A stretch of DNA of 32,693 bases from Myxococcales bacterium. GTDB lineage: Bacteria; Myxococcota; Myxococcia; Myxococcales; 40CM-4-68-19. Position 1 is the stretch's first letter, and the number at the start of each line of letters is the position of its first letter. Location of the stretch: positions 1-32,693 of the forward strand of contig JBJMQJ010000217.1 in assembly GCA_045802765.1 (NCBI GenBank). The letters are read 5' to 3'. A program made the translations under genes and the position numbers. The notes under the pieces are model-generated. The model worked only from the letters and a program-made list of their open reading frames with translations, did no database searches and was not told the DNA's origin. Shown piece after piece: positions 8,877 to 18,495 of the stretch.

Positions 8877-8898
8877 CACCACGGAGAGCTCCGTGGTG
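8877..8898. terminator. perfect 22-nt palindrome between convergent genes (candidate bidirectional terminator hairpin)
   Basis: The sequence is caccacggagagctccgtggtg (arms CACCACGGAG / CTCCGTGGTG). It sits between the RR stop (8853) and the prkA stop (8906). Short T tracts follow on both strands (ctttc / gtttc). It is not a canonical U-rich terminator. Confidence 0.45.
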
Positions 8899-8905
8899 CC
8901 AGCTT

Positions 8906-11155
8906 TCAGTCGGTATAGCGCTTGGTGATTAGCAGGAGCAGGGCGTCCTTGGCGCAGTGGTCGCAGTAGCCGAAGCGGGACTTCATGCCGGTCAGGGTGG
9001 ATTCGACCTGCTGGACTTCCTTGGCGGTGAGCAGGCCGCGCTCGTCGCCCAGGTAGCGGAGCATCTTCTCCGAGTTGCGACGCAGCGTGCGCTTGCGCTC
9101 GTCGAAGAAGTGGTCGCGCAGCCTGCGGAACAGGTCGGGGAAGATCTGCGAGTAGTCGATGTCCCCTTCGGGATGGTCGATGCGGTGCGCGCCGATGGCG
9201 GCGATGAGCGCGCGGCGGAACTCGCGCCTCTCCTCGCCTCCGGAGAGGACGATCCCCTCCGTCTGGACCATGAGATCTTCGTCCGGCCGCTCCATCTCGC
9301 CCGTGACCTTGTTGCGCACGCGCTCGCCGCGGGTCCACGCCAGCACGTGGCCGACGTAGCGCTCGAACAGCTCGCGGTACTGCTTCTCGCTCACCAGACC
9401 CATGGCGTCGCGCACCTCGTCGTCGAGCACGTCGAGGTACTCGTTCTCCACCACGCGCACGAACTCCTCGTGGTCGTGGTAGCCGTCCACCACCTCCTGC
9501 TGGAGGAACTCGTACACCGACTTGTCCTTGGTGAGAGCGGACAGCTCGTCGAGGACCGCCTGCGGCGTGAGGCACCGGTACTGCGCGTTCTGCGCGGCGT
9601 TGGTGATCACCGTCTTCAGCTCGCGCGCCGAGGCCCCGGTCCGGCCTTCGTAGTTCGGGTACGAGTCCGATTCCTTCCACAGCTCCTGCAGGTGCTTCTT
9701 CAGCTCCTTGGCATGCGACCCACCCAGGCGATCGGGCGTCTCGCCATGGTCGTAGAGCTTCAGCTTCTCGAGCGGAGTGAGGTGGTCGACCAGCTTGCGC
9801 AGCTCGCCCTTGTAGCGATCGGTGACCGGCTTCTTGAGCCGGGTGAGCACCGCCCATTCCGCCGCCACCCACGACGCGTGCGGCGCGATGTGTTTGCCCA
9901 CCGTCTCCGGCAACCGGAACTCGTACACCTGCCGCTCCTCGCTGACCGTGCGCAGGTAGGGAACGCGCACCAGCTCGATGCGGCCCTTGAACGAGGCGAA
10001 GTCGCTCATCTCCTTGAACGCGGAGAGGTGCTTCTCGTTGGTCGAGGCGATGAGCGCGCAGTCGAGATGCAAGAGGAAGTGGCTCATCCGCGCCACCCCC
10101 GTCTCGACGGTGCCGAGCAGGTACTTGTAGTGCTCGAGCGGGCGCTTGAGCAGGTCGCTGAACTCGATCACGCCGCGGTTCCCCGCCACCAGCGGCCCGT
10201 ACGGCTCGAACAGCGCCAGGTTCTGCAGGGCGCCCGGCAGCGCGCCGTGGCTGCGATCGTGGGTGACCTGGCGGTAGTCGGCGTCGACCGCCATCTGCGG
10301 CTCCACCGTCACCGCTCCGGCCATGTACCGCCGCGAGATGTAGAAGCGCTCCACCTGCACGTGGCGGAGCACCTTGAGCACGTCGCCGTTGTAGGACTGA
10401 AGCAAAGCCGCGTAGATCTGCCGGCACTTGTGGCAGAGCTCGCCTTCGAGGATCCCGGCGGAGAGCTGGAAGGTGTCGTCCGGCTTGGTGCTCTCGCGGA
10501 CCACGCGCTGGCGTTCCCCGCGCGGCAGCAGGAACAGCGGGTGGTCCTTGAGCTCGCAGTGGATGCGGGCGTCGACGTGCTCGCCCTCCAGGTGCGCGTA
10601 GCTCTCGACGCGCGGCCCGCCGTTCTTGGTCTCCCCGAAGCCGATCGATCCCTTGACCAGCTTCTCGCTGGGGAAGATCCAGTTGAACCGGTAGAGCTGC
10701 CCCTCCTCCTTGCGCGAGTAGTCCTCGAGCGCGCGCTGGATGGCGGCGACGATGCTGCTCTTCGCGCTCCCGTTGGGCCCGTGCAGCAGGATGAGCTTGT
10801 TCATCCGACCTGCGCGCACGAATCCCGACAGGATGCGGTAGATCGCGTTCTGCACCTCCTCCTGCCCGCAGATGGGCGCGCCGCCCTCGCCCTCCTGCGA
10901 GGAGTTGGCGCCCAGGTCGAAGGGCCGGTCGAAGAGCTTGAAGCGGCGGATCGGACCGCTCGAGCGCTGCACCGTCTCGCTGCCGTAGAAATCGAAGCAG
11001 TCGCGGATGTATTGCGCGGCGTCGCGCGCGTGCACGCGCGGGCGCTCGAAGTACGCCTCCATGTACTCCTGGAAGGCGAGGATCGTCTTGTTTCGCAGGA
11101 AGGATTGCTGGACCTGCTCGCCGACATTCTGAAGGTAGCGCAGCGAGTCCACCAT
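8906..11155 (-). CDS. prkA: PrkA-family serine protein kinase (YeaG/PrkA AAA-like N-domain)
   Basis: 749 aa. It begins MVDSLRYLQNVGEQVQQSFLRNKTILAFQEYMEAYFERP. The P-loop region is LILLHGPNGSAKSSIV. The overall PrkA-like layout is present. ATG at 11155 is preceded by GGGAGG 9 nt upstream. Confidence 0.85.
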   Translation of the reverse strand: MVDSLRYLQNVGEQVQQSFLRNKTILAFQEYMEAYFERPRVHARDAAQYIRDCFDFYGSETVQRSSGPIRRFKLFDRPFDLGANSSQEGEGGAPICGQEEVQNAIYRILSGFVRAGRMNKLILLHGPNGSAKSSIVAAIQRALEDYSRKEEGQLYRFNWIFPSEKLVKGSIGFGETKNGGPRVESYAHLEGEHVDARIHCELKDHPLFLLPRGERQRVVRESTKPDDTFQLSAGILEGELCHKCRQIYAALLQSYNGDVLKVLRHVQVERFYISRRYMAGAVTVEPQMAVDADYRQVTHDRSHGALPGALQNLALFEPYGPLVAGNRGVIEFSDLLKRPLEHYKYLLGTVETGVARMSHFLLHLDCALIASTNEKHLSAFKEMSDFASFKGRIELVRVPYLRTVSEERQVYEFRLPETVGKHIAPHASWVAAEWAVLTRLKKPVTDRYKGELRKLVDHLTPLEKLKLYDHGETPDRLGGSHAKELKKHLQELWKESDSYPNYEGRTGASARELKTVITNAAQNAQYRCLTPQAVLDELSALTKDKSVYEFLQQEVVDGYHDHEEFVRVVENEYLDVLDDEVRDAMGLVSEKQYRELFERYVGHVLAWTRGERVRNKVTGEMERPDEDLMVQTEGIVLSGGEERREFRRALIAAIGAHRIDHPEGDIDYSQIFPDLFRRLRDHFFDERKRTLRRNSEKMLRYLGDERGLLTAKEVQQVESTLTGMKSRFGYCDHCAKDALLLLITKRYTD

Positions 11156-11172
11156 GCTACTGTACCTCCCTG

Positions 11173-12687
11173 ATGAGCAAGATCATCGGCATCGACCTGG
11201 GCACCACGAACTGCTGCGCGGCCATCGTCGAGAAGGAAGCACAGGTCAAGCTCATTCCATACAAAGGCGGCGATTTCATCATTCCGTCAATCTTTGCGAT
11301 CGACGACAAAGGCAACGAGCTGATCGGCCACGAGGCCAAGCGCCAGTGGCAGTTGAACCCGCGCAACACGGTGTATGCGGCCAAGCGCCTCGTGGGGCGC
11401 TCGTTCAGCAGCGACGTCGTCGCCGAGATGCAGAAGACGGTCGCTTACGAGATGAAGCCGGGCGAGCGCAACGACGTGGTCCTCGACGTCGGGCACAAGC
11501 ACTTCCGGCTGGCGGAGATCAGCGCGAAGATCCTCAACAAGATTCGTGGAGTAGCACAAGACTACCTGGGCGAGAAGGTGACGCGCGCGGTGGTCACCGT
11601 CCCCGCATACTTCACCGACCGGCAGCGCCAGGCGGTGAAGGACGCGGGCAAGCTGATCCAGCTGGAGGTCGTCCGCATCATCAACGAGCCCACTGCGGCG
11701 GCGCTGGCGTACGGCATCGGCAAGAGCCTGCACGAGACGGTAGTCATCTACGACCTGGGCGGCGGCACCTTCGACGTCTCCATCATCGAGATCCGCGACC
11801 GCGTGTTCGAGGTGAAGGCAACCGGCGGCGACATCTTCCTCGGCGGCCTCGACTTCGACCAGGCGATGATCCAGCACGTGCTGAAGGACTTCGTGAAGCA
11901 GCACGGGATCGATCTGGCGTCCGATCCGGTCGCCATGCAGCGGATCAAGGACCTCGCCGAGCGCGTGAAGATCGATCTCTCCTCGCGGGAACAGGCGCCC
12001 TTCAACGTCCCGTTCGTCACCATGACGGCGCAGGGCCAGCCGCTGAACATCGATTTCGTCTTCACCCGAAAGCTGCTCGAGCAGCTGACCGCGCCGCTGG
12101 TCGACCGCACCCTGGAGATCCTCCATCGGGTGATGAACGACGCGCAGCTCGATCCGGCGCGCGTCGACGAGCTCTTGCTGGTCGGCGGGCAGACGCGCAT
12201 GCCGACCGTGCAGAAGCGCCTCACCCAGGTGTTCGGGAAGGCGCCCTCCAAGGGCGTGCATCCCGACGAAGCGGTGGCCATCGGCGCGGCGCTGTACGCG
12301 AACTCGCTGGAGGACAACTCCAACCTCCGCTTGCAGCTCCTCGACGTGATCCCCATGGCCATCGGCCTGGAGAAGGCGGGCGGCGAGTTCCACACCGTGT
12401 TCCCCCGCAACGCGGCCATCCCCAACGCCAAGGCGATCGAGGCGACCACCAGCTACGACGGCCAGACCGAGGTGGCGATGCGCATCTTCCAGGGTGACGC
12501 CTCGCACGTCTCGCACAACGAGCTGCTCGGCGACTTCCTCTTCAGCGGGCTGAAGCCCGGCGCCGCGGGCAAGGCGCGGCTGGAGATCACCTTCGACGTG
12601 AACATCGAGGGGATCCTGACCATGAGCGCCAAGGACCTGGAGACGGGGAAGCAGATGAAGACCACCGTCCGGGTCACGCAGCACTAG
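11173..12687 (+). CDS. Hsp70-family protein lacking the C-terminal helical lid (nucleotide-binding domain + beta substrate domain only)
   Basis: 504 aa. Motifs are MSKIIGIDLGTTNCC, VIYDLGGGTFDVS, LLVGGQTRMP and the linker LQLLDVIPMAIG. It ends TVRVTQH-stop immediately after the beta-sandwich. Confidence 0.9.
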   Translation: MSKIIGIDLGTTNCCAAIVEKEAQVKLIPYKGGDFIIPSIFAIDDKGNELIGHEAKRQWQLNPRNTVYAAKRLVGRSFSSDVVAEMQKTVAYEMKPGERNDVVLDVGHKHFRLAEISAKILNKIRGVAQDYLGEKVTRAVVTVPAYFTDRQRQAVKDAGKLIQLEVVRIINEPTAAALAYGIGKSLHETVVIYDLGGGTFDVSIIEIRDRVFEVKATGGDIFLGGLDFDQAMIQHVLKDFVKQHGIDLASDPVAMQRIKDLAERVKIDLSSREQAPFNVPFVTMTAQGQPLNIDFVFTRKLLEQLTAPLVDRTLEILHRVMNDAQLDPARVDELLLVGGQTRMPTVQKRLTQVFGKAPSKGVHPDEAVAIGAALYANSLEDNSNLRLQLLDVIPMAIGLEKAGGEFHTVFPRNAAIPNAKAIEATTSYDGQTEVAMRIFQGDASHVSHNELLGDFLFSGLKPGAAGKARLEITFDVNIEGILTMSAKDLETGKQMKTTVRVTQH

Positions 12688-12690
12688 ATC

Positions 12691-12720
12691 GGCTGGCGGT
12701 CGGCGGCTGGCGGCTGGCGG
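12691..12720 (+). repeat. heptanucleotide tandem repeat (GGCTGGC)n, about 4.3 units with one variant GGTCGGC
   Basis: The sequence is ggctggc ggtcggc ggctggc ggctggc gg. It starts 3 nt after the hsp70 TAG and ends 23 nt before the dipeptidase ATG. The same unit recurs at 25356-25390. Confidence 0.9.
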
Positions 12721-12743
12721 AACTGCGCCGCGATCGAGGGTCG

Positions 12744-13778
12744 ATGCTCGTCTTTCGTGACGCAGAGCCGCTCGACGCGGCCGAGGTCCACCGGGCGGCG
12801 CCGGTCGCCGATCTGCATGCGCATCCGGGCCTGACGGCGTACTGGCTGAAGAGGGACCTCTCGCGCGAGCACCGGCCGCCGGCGCACGGTTACAACCCGC
12901 TCCGGCAGCAGCTCGACTTGCCGCGAATGATCGAGGGCGGGCTGCGGGTGCTGACGGCCTGCGTGTACGCGCCCACGGTGCCGCCGTTCCCTCGTCCGTT
13001 CGGTGCGGCGCTCGGGGCGATGCAGTTCGTCGAGGACCTGTGCGCCCGCGCGCCGGCGAGCGCTGCCCTGGCGCGGCGCGGGCAAGTGCGCGAGGTGCTC
13101 GCCTCCGGGCGGATGGCCGTGATCCACGCCGCCGAGGGCGGGCACCACATCGAGCGATCGCTCGACAAGCTCGAGCAGCTCGCCGCGCGCGGACTGCGTT
13201 ACCTGACGCTCACGCACTTCGTGCACAACGGCATCGCGCAGCCCGCGCCTCTCGGACCGTTCTCCGCGTTCCGAGGTCCGCCCGGGTTGACGGATCTCGG
13301 AAGGCGCGTGGTGAAGAGGTGCGAGGAGCTGGGCGTCCTCGTCGACGTCTCGCATTGCTCCGACCGCTCCTTCTCGGACGTGGCCGGGATGGCCACCCGG
13401 CCTCTGCTCGCGACCCACACCGGGTTCCGCCGCTTCCACGACACCGAGCGGAACCTCTCCGACGAGCAGCTGAAGACGGTGGGGAGGAGCGGCGGCGTGG
13501 TCGGCGTGATCACCTGGTCATGGCTGCTGCGCCGGCGCGGCCTGGTCGCGGACGTGGAGGACCTCGCGGACGCGGTGGTGCACGGCGCGCTCGTCGCGGG
13601 GCCCGAGCACGTCGGCATCGGAACGGATTTCGACGGTTACGTCTGGAGCGCCCGCCGCATCCGCGAAGCGCGGCACTATCCCGCCATCACCGACGCGCTC
13701 TCGCGCCGCGGCTTCAGCCACGCCGAGCTGCGAGGCATCCTCGGCGGAAATTACCTGCGCGCGCTGGGCGAATCGTGA
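12744..13778 (+). CDS. membrane dipeptidase family (peptidase M19, renal-dipeptidase-like)
   Basis: 344 aa. Motifs are VADLHAHPG, YLTLTHFVHN, VDVSHCSDRSF, ATHTGF, GIGTDFDG and LRGILGGNYLRAL. Confidence 0.85.
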   Translation: MLVFRDAEPLDAAEVHRAAPVADLHAHPGLTAYWLKRDLSREHRPPAHGYNPLRQQLDLPRMIEGGLRVLTACVYAPTVPPFPRPFGAALGAMQFVEDLCARAPASAALARRGQVREVLASGRMAVIHAAEGGHHIERSLDKLEQLAARGLRYLTLTHFVHNGIAQPAPLGPFSAFRGPPGLTDLGRRVVKRCEELGVLVDVSHCSDRSFSDVAGMATRPLLATHTGFRRFHDTERNLSDEQLKTVGRSGGVVGVITWSWLLRRRGLVADVEDLADAVVHGALVAGPEHVGIGTDFDGYVWSARRIREARHYPAITDALSRRGFSHAELRGILGGNYLRALGES

Positions 13779-13782
13779 GCGG

Positions 13783-14802
13783 TCAGCCCTCGGCCCGGAC
13801 GTCCCGCGAGAACGCCGCACTTTCCTCGACTTCCGAGGGGTGTGCGGCGACGTGAGCAGCGGCGGCAAGCTGCCGGCCGCGGAAGCGGAGCAGGAAGAGG
13901 GCGCCCATCGCGAGCGTCGGGACGATCTGCAGAGCGTGCAGACCGAGCGCGAAGGCGGCCGCATGATCGCGCTCGCCTCCCAGCGCGACCAGCGCAAAGC
14001 CCGCTCCCAATTCGAAGTTCCCCAGGTTCGCCGGCGGGGCCGGGATGGCCAGCGCGAGGTTCACTCCGAAGAGCACCGCCATCGCCGCCGCGAAGCCGTG
14101 TGGCAGATGGAAGGCCGCCAGCGCGACCATGGTGGTCGCGATCTCCAGCGTCCAGGCCGCGACCGCCGCGGCGAACGCGCCCAGTACCGCGCGCGGGGTG
14201 CGCAGGCCGACGAGGCCGCCGCGCAGCCGGAGGACGACCTCCATCAGCTTTCCGGGAGGATGCAGGCGCTGCGAGGGCTTGCGGGCCAGGCGCAGCATCA
14301 CCGCGAAAAGCGCTCCAGCGACGAGAACGCCGCCCCAGACGACGACGCGCGTCCACACCGGCACGGGCAGGAAGAACGGCAGCGTGGAGGCGAGCAGGAG
14401 CATCACCACGCCGTTCACGGTGTGGTCGATGGCCACGGTCCCCACCGCCACGGCGCGGGAAAGCCCGGCCGAGCGCGCCAGCAACTCGATGCGCACCGCC
14501 TCGCCCGCGCGCATGGGCAGCACGGCGCTCGCTCCGTAGCCGACGTAGGCGCAGGAGAGGACGGTGAGGACGGGCACCGGCTTCACGGCGCGCACCAGCG
14601 AGTACCACCGCAAGCCTTGCAGCGCGGTGCACGGGACCCAGAGCAGCACGGCGGTGACGAGCAAGATGGACTGCGCAGCGCGGAACGCCTCGCGGACGGC
14701 GTGCCAGCGCAAGTTGCGCGCGAAGACCGCCACGCACGCGACCACCACCAGCCACACGGCGATGCGCGCGGCGAGGAGCAGGCGCTGGCGTCGGGAGCTC
14801 AC
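13783..14802 (-). CDS. flippase-like / lysylphosphatidylglycerol-synthase TM-region family membrane protein (UPF0104-like)
   Basis: 339 aa with about 8 hydrophobic segments. It carries LQGLRWYSLV and PMRAGEAVRIELLAR-type motifs typical of this family. The track start is GTG, 9 nt after the upstream gene stop. It is convergent with the dipeptidase, with 4 nt between the stops. Confidence 0.7.
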   Translation of the reverse strand: MSSRRQRLLLAARIAVWLVVVACVAVFARNLRWHAVREAFRAAQSILLVTAVLLWVPCTALQGLRWYSLVRAVKPVPVLTVLSCAYVGYGASAVLPMRAGEAVRIELLARSAGLSRAVAVGTVAIDHTVNGVVMLLLASTLPFFLPVPVWTRVVVWGGVLVAGALFAVMLRLARKPSQRLHPPGKLMEVVLRLRGGLVGLRTPRAVLGAFAAAVAAWTLEIATTMVALAAFHLPHGFAAAMAVLFGVNLALAIPAPPANLGNFELGAGFALVALGGERDHAAAFALGLHALQIVPTLAMGALFLLRFRGRQLAAAAHVAAHPSEVEESAAFSRDVRAEG

Positions 14803-14811
14803 GCCTCCGAT

Positions 14812-15993
14812 CTACTTCCTCTCGCGCTCCCGCGCTTCGTTCAAAGGTTCGGCGTGTGGCCGAGCGGACGACCCGCGTTCGTCGCGCTCGGCCCGCGGCG
14901 CCGGACGCGCGTCGGGAGGGCGCACCGCGGGTGCGGCAGATCGCGCGGGCTGCGGCATCGGGGCGGACGGGCGCGGCGGCTGCGTCGCAGGGGCGGATGG
15001 ACGCGGCTGCTGCGCGGCGGGGAAATGCTCCCGCCACCCGCGCGCCACTCCCGGATTCCCGGGCTCCGCACGCGCGGGCGGACCGGAGGGGACCGATCCC
15101 ACCGGGCGCGAATAGGGAACCGTCTTCGGCCTCCAGACCGGAAGCACGCCGCTGGAGAGCGGCCGGGTCGACGAGCGCGAGTCGGCTTCGACGATCGGGA
15201 TGGCGCGCACGGGAACGCGCGTGTGCTGCTCGACGATCCGCGGCGGAGGCCCGGCGCGCGGGCTCGGGCGGACGACGGGCATCGGCTGCGCGCGCGTCCA
15301 GACCGTGGCGACGACGCTCACCGGGACCGCGTGGTGACGGACGGGCGTCATGAAGTACGGCGTCTCCACGAAGACCCAGGTGCGAGGTTGCAGGTAGACG
15401 GCGCCGCGGGGTCCGAGCGGGCACCAACCCGCGTATCCGCCTCCCCATCGCCACGCGACCCAAGCGGGGCCCCAGACGCGGCCGGGGAGCCAGACCCACC
15501 CTGCCCCGTCCAGCATCGCCCACCGGCCGTAATGATAGGTGGCCCAGCCCCACGGCTCGTCCGTCACCCAGGTCCACCCCGCCGTCGTCCACATCCACCG
15601 GCCATCCCAGTAAGGCTGCCAGCGGTAATTCACCTGCGTCGGCTGCCATACCCAACCGTACTCGCGAGTGTCCACCCACCGGCCGTACCGATCGAGGCCG
15701 GAGCGGAAGTCGTCCATCGACGGGCCCGCCGAGGAATCGTCATCGCGCGACCAGCCCCGCGAGCCTCGGTCCTGCCAGCCGTATTCGTATTGCTGCGAGC
15801 CGTACTGGTCGGCCGGCGGCGCCGGCTGGCCGTACGGATCCTGCGCGCCGTAGCCGTCGCGCGGATCGCCCGGCGCGGGCGCGTCGGACTGCCAGCTGTA
15901 CTCGTCGTCCCCGGACCACTGCCCGTCGTTCCAGTCGTCCGCGCGGGCCGCGAGCGGCACCAGGACGAGCAACGCCAGGAGCTTGCGGAGCAT
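14812..15993 (-). CDS. secreted Trp/Gly-rich protein (YGxW/GRW repeat core, resembles the DUF6600 family) with a Pro-rich basic tail
   Basis: Signal peptide is MLRKLLALLVLVPLAARADD. The core is YGRWVDTREYGWVWQPTQVNYRWQPYWDGRWMWTTAGWTWVTDEPWGWATYHYGRWAMLDGAGWVWLPGRVWGPAWVAWRWGG. GGAGG lies 5 nt before the ATG. Confidence 0.8.
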   Translation of the reverse strand: MLRKLLALLVLVPLAARADDWNDGQWSGDDEYSWQSDAPAPGDPRDGYGAQDPYGQPAPPADQYGSQQYEYGWQDRGSRGWSRDDDSSAGPSMDDFRSGLDRYGRWVDTREYGWVWQPTQVNYRWQPYWDGRWMWTTAGWTWVTDEPWGWATYHYGRWAMLDGAGWVWLPGRVWGPAWVAWRWGGGYAGWCPLGPRGAVYLQPRTWVFVETPYFMTPVRHHAVPVSVVATVWTRAQPMPVVRPSPRAGPPPRIVEQHTRVPVRAIPIVEADSRSSTRPLSSGVLPVWRPKTVPYSRPVGSVPSGPPARAEPGNPGVARGWREHFPAAQQPRPSAPATQPPRPSAPMPQPARSAAPAVRPPDARPAPRAERDERGSSARPHAEPLNEARERERK

Positions 15994-16070
15994 GTCGACC
16001 TCCTGCCCTCTTGGACGTTCCGCGGGCGGCCGTGTTCACACCCACACTAGGGCCTCGGAGTCCGCGCTCG

Positions 16071-16126
16071 AAAAAAAGAGCGCAGCGCCGCCGCCGGCAG
16101 CGGCGACTGAAACGCCGCGGCGCCCA
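16071..16126 (-). terminator. GC-rich structured region followed by a T7 tract downstream of clpX
   Basis: The minus strand reads GGCGCCGCGGCGTTTCAGTCGCCGCTGCCGGCGGCGGCGCTGCGCTC-TTTTTTT. Possible stems are CGCCGC/GCGGCG and GCGCCGC/GCGGCGC. A run of seven T is conspicuous in this GC-rich DNA. The stem-to-T spacing is not canonical. Confidence 0.4.
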
Positions 16127-16180
16127 TTTCCCCGAAAGGAAGTGAGCGCCGCGCGAATCCTGCAGCGGTTGAATGCCTCG

Positions 16181-17473
<1,293 letters not shown>

Positions 17474-17763
17474 GTCACCTCCTCTTCACGCAAGTGTACG
17501 CGGGCAGCGCGAGGGCCGGCAACCACCGTTCTGGGCGCACGTAGTCCCACTGTCCGAATCTATAGATGTGCGACCCGTCACGCCAGAAACCCGGCGCCCG
17601 GATGTCGCCCGCGGACGGCCGCACGCGTCACCCGCGCTCCACGACCCGCGGGGCGTGCGGACGGGCACGGGGGCGGCTGCGGAGAACCGAGCCCAGGCTC
17701 GGCGCAGCGCGTCTCGACCGTCGCATACACTGTCGCAGCGGGTTCCCCACAGTCGACCGGGCC

Positions 17764-18495
17764 ATGGAACGCCAGACGTACGCTTTGAGACTCGCCTACG
17801 ACGGTGCCGCTTTCCGCGGATGGCAGCGGCAGCCGGCGCTCCCGACCGTGCAGCGGGCGGTGGAGGACGCGCTCACCGCCTTGCTCGGCGAGCGAGTGCA
17901 GGTGCACGGTGCCGCTCGCACCGACGCAGGGGTGCATGCCGAGGGTCAAGTCGCCAGCTTCACGGCCGGGCGCTCGCTGCCGCCGGACGGCCTCGGCGAG
18001 CTGCGGGTACCCGAGGGGGTTCGTGTTCTCGCGGCGGCACGGGCGCCCCCAGGCTTCCATGCGCGCGCCAGCGCCGCCGGAAAGCGGTACCGCTACCGCT
18101 TCGCGGCAGGCAGCTCGCTCGCCTGGGACCTCGGTCGCGCGAGCCCCGACTGGGATCGCGCCCGCGCGGCCCTGGAGGGCCTGCGCGGGCTGCCCCACCT
18201 GAGCGGTCTGGCGTCTCCCTCTCGGGGAAGCAAGGCGGCGCCTCCGCTCGACGAGTGGAGCCTCGCGGCGGAGCTGGCGACGGCAGAGCTGACGGTCCGT
18301 GCGCGGGCATTTCGCAAGCACCAGATCCGCAATCTTGCCGGCCACCTGGCGGCGGTGGCGCTGGGGCTTGCAACGCCGGAATCGCTCCAGCGCCTCGCCG
18401 CCGGCTTGCGGCCCTGGCACGGGGCTACCGCGCCAGCGCGCGGCTTGACGCTCCTCGAGGTCTTCTACCCGCCGGGGCTCGACCCGTTCAGGTGA
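17764..18495 (+). CDS. truA: tRNA pseudouridine(38-40) synthase TruA
   Basis: I use the internal ATG at 17764 in track ORF 17566..18495. The product begins MERQTYALRLAYDGAAFRGWQRQP. The catalytic-Asp motif is GAARTDAGVHA. Confidence 0.85.
   Translation: MERQTYALRLAYDGAAFRGWQRQPALPTVQRAVEDALTALLGERVQVHGAARTDAGVHAEGQVASFTAGRSLPPDGLGELRVPEGVRVLAAARAPPGFHARASAAGKRYRYRFAAGSSLAWDLGRASPDWDRARAALEGLRGLPHLSGLASPSRGSKAAPPLDEWSLAAELATAELTVRARAFRKHQIRNLAGHLAAVALGLATPESLQRLAAGLRPWHGATAPARGLTLLEVFYPPGLDPFR

Noticed and set aside
12691-12720. Heptamer arrays as a CRISPR array or as sigma-54 promoters
   Set aside because: The units are 7 nt with no spacers, so this is not CRISPR. A GG-N10-GC register can be forced onto the repeat, but the -24/-12 elements would read CGGCTG/TGGC rather than TGGCAC/TTGC. 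At the second locus the orientation is also wrong for the flanking genes.
13751-16050. Long ORFs 13751..15679 (-, 642 aa) and 13840..16050 (+, 736 aa)
   Set aside because: They overlap the flippase-like and Trp-rich genes in other frames or on the other strand. They are Arg/Pro-rich with no motifs. The chosen frames have signal peptides, TM patterns and SD sequences.
17474-17763. 290-bp clpX/truA divergent intergenic region searched for tRNA/sRNA or clear promoters
   Set aside because: There is no cloverleaf-like arrangement. The only notable elements are a TATAGA-like patch (about 17558-17570) without a well-spaced -35, and a 7-bp-stem palindrome ccgagcc-ca-ggctcgg (17687-17702). This is insufficient for a call.
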